Source: Blastocatellia bacterium
Lineage (GTDB): Bacteria > Acidobacteriota > Blastocatellia > UBA7656
Length of the DNA: 64,000 bases
Assembly: GCA_963765495.1 (NCBI GenBank)
Contig: CAVXWP010000006.1
Span: forward strand, 192,001 to 256,000
Direction of reading: 5' to 3'
The translations under genes were made by a program, and so were the position numbers. The notes beneath the pieces were generated by a model. The model searched no databases, was not told the origin of the DNA, and worked only from the letters and a program-made list of their open reading frames with translations. How positions within the stretch are numbered: the stretch's first letter is position 1; the number at the start of each line of letters is the position of its first letter. Positions 58,235 through 64,000 of this stretch are shown here, piece after piece.

Positions 58235-61200
58235 TTATCTATCTGTATTCGCTACATTCGGTGGACAACTGCACGTGCTGTTTGTCGTGTCGTCATCCTT
58301 TATCGAACTTACTGTTACTCGCTTGTTCTGCACAATTGTTAACGTTGCGCTCGCCTTGTGTGTGCACGTGTTCATCGTCGCACTCACCGTCTGTGTTCCT
58401 ACGCTGTGCGTCAGGTTGATCGTGCATGCGTTCGGCCTTGTGATCGTCCCTCTTCCACTCAACTGGAACCCGTCTGAACACCTCACGAACAGATAGTCTC
58501 CCGTTACCGAGTTGAAGACTATATAGCTCCCGTTCGTGTTGTCCTGCAAGCACACGTCGAAGACCGTCACCGTGAAACTACACGTCGCCGTGTTGCCTGC
58601 CGTGTCCGTCACCGTGCACACCACCGTCGTTGACCCCAGCGGAAACTCGCTTCCTGACGGCGGGTTGCATACCGCGCTCGCCACTCCGCAGTTATCCGCT
58701 GTCACTGGCGGCGGGTAATTCACTACCACTCGCGGGTCTCCAGGATTCACCGTCGTTATCACTATATTCGCTGGACACGTGATCGTTGGCGGCACCTGAT
58801 CTACTCCTAAGGTCGCTGCCTGCGATGTCGCCATCCCGCAAGTATTTGTGAACTTCGCTCGATACCTGTTGTTTCTCACCGCTACCGTTGCCGTCACCGT
58901 CAATGGATTGCTCGTCGCGCCTGATATGTTATTAAACGTTGCTCCATTGTCGGTTGACACCTGCCATTGTATCGTCGGCGCCGGGCTTCCCGACGCCGTT
59001 GAAGAGAAGTTCACTACATCTCCTACGCAGGCTGTCACGCTCTGCGGATTTGTCTGCACAACGGGCGTCGTGTTCACTGTCAACATCGCCGCGCTTGTCG
59101 CCGTCATACCGCACGTGTTTGTAAACACCGCACGGTACTTGTTCCCGTTCATCGAGAAGTTCGCCGTAAACAATAGCGTTGTCGATGTCTCTCCGCTCAA
59201 GTTATTGAACGTCGCCCCTCCATCGGTTGATACCTGCCACTGCACGGTCGGCGTCGGCGTTCCGTTTGCTGCTGCTGTAAACGTCACCTTGTCTCCCGCG
59301 CAGACGGTCTGCGTTTGCGGATTTTGGGTTATATCGGGCGCTCGATTTACAAACGTAGTCGCCGTCCCCGTGTTGTTACCCGGTGTCGGGTCCATTATGG
59401 TCGAGGCCGCTGTCGCCGTGTTTGTGATCGTAGCCCCGTTTGCGGTGTTCGAGTTGACCTTTACTACCACCTGGAATGTAGCCGTTTCGCCATTTGGCAC
59501 ACTACCCTTCGAGAAGACTACATTGCCCGTACCGCCAACGGCAGGCGCGCTTATACTCCACCCACTGCCGGTTGTGACACTCGCTGATACGAATGTCGTG
59601 TTTGTGGGTACGGCATCTGTGACAGTAGCCGAGGTCGCACTTCCAGGCCCGTTGTTTATAAAGCTGATGGTGTAAGTGATGTTGTTACCGGCAAGCACCG
59701 GGTCGGGGGCATCAGTCTTGCTGACTATCTCAAGATCGGCCTGCGCTTGAACGGTCGTTGTAGCCGTGCCGGTGTTATTGCCCTGTGTGCCGTCAGGTGT
59801 GTCGGAAGAGATCACGGCATTGTTTGTGATGATTGTGCCGCCCGGTGTGGCATTGTCCACGTTGACGACGAGAGTGAATGAAGCGGTCTCGGCGTTTGCG
59901 ATGGCCGGCTTAGTGAACATAATTGTGCCGGTGCCGCCGACAGGAACCGAATCGACTCTGGTCCATCCAGCCGGAGTAGTGACCGAGACGAAGGTTGTGT
60001 TTGCGGGAATCGCATCTGTAAGCACCGCGTTGTTAGCCGTGTCGGGCCCGTTGTTTATTGTGGTTATGGTGTAAGTGATATTGCTGCCAGAGAAGACGGG
60101 GTCGGGCGTGTCAGTCTTTGTGACAGCCAGATCGGCCTGAGCAAGCGTGGTGCATGTCGGGTTGGCAGCCCCCGCGACATCGGGATCATCGGTTAGAACA
60201 CTGATGGGGCCGTCGGCAGTGACGGTGCCCTGATTGCAGACCTGAGTGGTTCCGGGCGGTGTGACAGGCGTGTTGATGGTCGCCCGGAACATTATCATCA
60301 TGCTCTTGCCCGCCGGGAGGGTGAATGGTCCGGTGTTAACTGTCTCGCCGCTCAAGGCAGGATGGAACAAAGCGGCGGGCACGATACGGTTTCTTCTATA
60401 GGGGCTTGCGTTCCCACTCCTGTTAATCCTCAAAATCGCGGGATTCGGCAACGAGCCATAGGCAGTGGATGATTGATCTGCATCGGGATTGAATACGGCA
60501 TAGCGAGGATCGTAAGGGATCTTTGCCGCTCCGCCTTCGATATACGAAGAGTCAGGCTCGCCGCTCGTTTGAGTTGATTCCGGGTGAGAAGCTGCGCTTG
60601 ATTGAGCCAATTGCCTTGATTTGATCGAGTCTATGAGTGATGAAATGCTCGATCTCAACTGTTCGAGCGGCAACCGCCTTACGCCAGGCGAGATTGTGCC
60701 TTCCATCAACGCGCGCAGGTTGTCCGGTATCTCTTTCTTGTCTTGTAAGTAAACATTCCCAAGCTCGCGCATCACGACCGTAAGCAGATCCATATTTTCA
60801 TGCGCCAGGCTCAGATCGGTTGTCTGAAGCTCCAGCCCCGGAACGGGCACATCGAATTCCGAGTTCTCCATAGGAAATTGATCGAAGTACCAGCCGTAGC
60901 CTGCCCCGGTCTCATCCAGTTTAATCTGAGTCGAAGAAAAGTTTGCAAGCTGGTCGCCCGGCAGATCTGCAACCTCAAACGTAACTTCGCGAAGGCGCGC
61001 GAGGTCTTCGGCAGAGATTCCTAACATCTCCCATCTCGTAAGGGCGGCTTGTAGCATCCATTGCAGTTCGCTATCCTGAAGCTTATTGACCTTTTCTTCA
61101 CTTTGCTGCTCGCCGTTTGTAGCAACACAGGTGGCAGGAGGGCTACTACCTTCATCGGGAGGCAAACGCAACAGGCCAGAGTTTGTAGCGCTCTCTTCAG

Positions 61201-64000
61201 AAACAAGCGCCGGGGTCACAATCGGCCCGCTAATCAGCGCGACGCCCGCGTTGGCATATGCATCTCCGGTATTTGCCCCCTGGAGTTGTTGTTGTGCAGT
61301 CTGTCCGCCGGGGCCGGGCGGGTTGTCCACAAGCTGCGCGGTGGCACCGCCCAACTCCTCGTAGATAAGATAGGCATCGCTGCCAGTGAAAGTCGGATAG
61401 TCGTAGGAGCCGGTTCCAACCGAGGCTGCGGTCGGCACGGTGTTGCCGCGAATGTCTGCTCGCACGGTTGAGGGCGACCCTTGATTGTCAGCCGCGACGA
61501 AGATTCCTGCCAAAGGGAAATTGGATGATCCCGGGTGACAGGTCAAATGAACGTGGTTCACATCATTGTTTGTAATCGTAATGTTACTTGCAGGGACGGT
61601 TTGCCCGGTCGTGGTCGTCCCGAGGAACTGGGCGTCAATCCCGCGCGAAGTTGATGTCTCCCGGATGGTATTATCATCAACCAGGAGGGTTGATGCGGTC
61701 TTGCCCTGAATGACGATGGCAATACCTGGTCCCGCTTGCGCACCTGAATCACATACTCCCGCCGTACCGATGGTATTACTCTGTATTGTGCCGGTTATCG
61801 TGCCGCCAGTCGAAGTAGACGACGCGCGGACATTAATCGCTTGCAGACCGCCACCGGTGGGTGTTTCGGTGAATTGGAAGTTGGAACTCAGGAGCTTGAA
61901 CGCCAAATCCGAAGCGGTATCCGAGGCGAAGCTGACGTGAATTCCATTGTGCATAAAGGTACTGCCGGACACGACAAAGTAGGTCGCCGGCATGGCAGTA
62001 GTGTCGCCAATTCTCCCGGTGTCGTGCGTGTCCACTTCTAAAGCCCTTTGCGGTGAATTGTTGTTAAAAGTGCAACCGGTCATGTTTGCCGCTGTCGTCA
62101 CCGCCGTTCCCGACATCTCGTAGAGGAAGGCATTCGCACCAAATGTATCATTGAGATTGTTGAAACTGCTGTTTGTCACAGTAAGTAAGCTGATCGTCCC
62201 GGAGGTGTTGCGGAAGTGAACGTTATTGTGCGCGTTACTGCTAACATCGCAGTTGGTGATTGAGACTGTTCCGGTGACGCCAACCGTATTGCCAGAGAAT
62301 AATCCGAACTGTATACCTTCATCGCTCGTGCTGTTGCCGTTGTTCGTCACGTTACATCGATTCATCGAGTAGTTGGTGACGCCGAAGCCCTGAATCCCGG
62401 CGTCGGCACTGCTTTGAACATTCATGTAGTTGAGGCTGATGTTACTCACAGTATCCAGGGCGATGCCCTGGTTGGCTGCATTTTTAATCACGCCGCTTGA
62501 GCCATTGTTTGAACCGCCGCTGTCTCCTGTGATGGTGAAACTGCCGTTGGTTCTTTTAGTTTGATGCCGTTCGCTCCGCCTGTGCCCGACGACTCATTCA
62601 TAGAGACTTTCGTAAGCGATATCATCAGAGGTGTAGTGCTGCTGCTTCGGGTGATCTCAACGGCAGGCGCGCCAGTCGTGCTGATCGTGCCGCTAGTCGA
62701 GGTTATGGTCATGGTATTTTCCTGAGCCAGCAATCCTCGCTGATTCGCATCCGGCGCTATGTTCAAAGCCCCAAACGTAATCGTCCCGGTGTTGCCTGTT
62801 CCGCTGCCGCCCAGGACCACTCCTGTTCCACCTGAACTGTTCGCTGTCGTATTACCGAAATTGAGCGCGGCGCTGCAACTCGTCGCCGTTATTCCGATTC
62901 CTGACGGATTGGTTATGGTCGTTGTGCCTATTGTCAGACTGCCCGATGCGCTTGTCAGACTTATGCCCGTCCCTGTGCTGTTTGTTGACGATACGCTCGT
63001 AAAGGTCATTCCAAGCGTCGTCGGGTTGACTACCAGCGCCGGAGCATTGGTCGAACTGATCGAGCCGGTCGTCACGTTCACCGTCCCGCTGCTTGTCGCA
63101 CTCACCCCAGTTCCATTGCTTGTCGTCACCGCAAGCGACGTGAACGTGAATGTCCCGCTGTTGCTGTTCAGGTTCACGCCCGTCCCGGCTGACGATCCTT
63201 TGTTTACAGTCGTGCTCCCGAAGCTGAAACTGGTCCCACTTGGCGCGCTCTGAACATCAATACCCGTGCCTGTCGGATTGACTATATTTGTCGTCGTGGA
63301 TGTAAACGACCCGCCCACTGTGTTGAGACGCGCGCCTTCGGCAGAGCTTCCGCCACTCGACTCTATGGCGTCGAATGTTGATCCTGAGGCAAACGTGCCT
63401 GTCATCAAGTTCAAGGCTCGCCCCGTTCCGTTCACCGTTACATCTTTGATCGTCAGCGTGCCAAAGCTCGTCCCGGCGATGTCGGTCCCCGCAGCAGTCG
63501 TGTTGCCGACCGTGAACCCGTGAAGTCGGTTGTTCTGCGCCAGGGTGATGGCCGTCGCCCCTGAGGTCGTGATTACGGGATCGGTTCCGTTTGTCGCAGG
63601 CAGCAGGTTGTTGCCTGATGGCGGAGTCGCTGATAACCCTGAAAGATTCAACAGCGTATCGGCAGCGCCCTGTCCTATCAATCGCTGGTCGTTGAGCAGC
63701 GTCAGCCCGCCCGTGTAGCTGCCGCTGAACAGGAATATGCTGTCGCCCGCCTGATCAAGTGGCGAGTTTGAGAAGAACTTCGCAGTAGGCGTGTCCGTCC
63801 CTACCAGCCCTTTGAACGGCGTGGTTCGCCGACCGTCGCCTCCGTCGGGGGCGGTAGAGCTATCGTCAATGAACCATATCTTCCCGTTGAAGTTAATCGT
63901 TACGGTGGCTGTATTGGTCTTACCCGTGCCGTTGCCGAGCGTGTAATTGAAAGAGTCGCTCGTGCCGGTAAATCCAGCCGCCGGGTTGTAGGTAAACGCG
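58235..64000 (-). pseudogene. Giant surface protein (Ig/Big-like, beta-helix, degenerate HExxH domain, 2x DUF11, 2x Ig, HYR, Cys-rich C-terminal domain), split by one frameshift near 62553; 5' end outside the window
   Basis: Frame is open from 63999 (AFTYNPAAGFTG...IWFIDD) to about 62553. It continues one base off as TNGSFTITGDSGG...VIKNAANQG into the 1418-aa ORF. May be intact in vivo if the indel is an assembly error. Confidence 0.8.

Noticed and set aside
58536-63718. Val/Pro-rich plus-strand ORFs
   Set aside because: Antisense shadows of the Thr/Gly/Asn-rich giant surface protein.

Overview
A 64-kb stretch of bacterial chromosome, most likely Acidobacteriota and probably Blastocatellia-like. 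This is inferred from tandem ADOP-type ABC permeases, an Oar-like TonB-dependent receptor, TPR proteins and a giant DUF11/Ig/HYR surface protein. It carries housekeeping genes (lpxK, waaA, efp, rsmB, queC, ald), several enzymes, a triple-GAF sigma54 activator flanked by two operons with sigma54 promoters (one an RND efflux system), and a MoxR-DUF58-transglutaminase operon. I saw no rRNA, tRNA, CRISPR array, integrase or transposase. The most striking unexplained structure is a family of about a dozen dispersed palindromic elements. Each has a tandem array of a 7-10-nt unit, a spacer, and the reverse-complement array. The unit differs from site to site. The elements fill intergenic gaps, often supply the stop or start codon of the neighbouring gene, and one lies in frame inside waaA. 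Other notable items are an orphan LysW-like protein with a non-canonical C-terminus, an EF-P with Asn at the modification site, an Eda-like protein lacking the catalytic Lys, an orphan Tat-signal ORF, an internally deleted DUF2254 gene, and a frameshifted giant surface protein with a degenerate HExxH motif. All calls come from reading the sequence by eye; no database searches were run.
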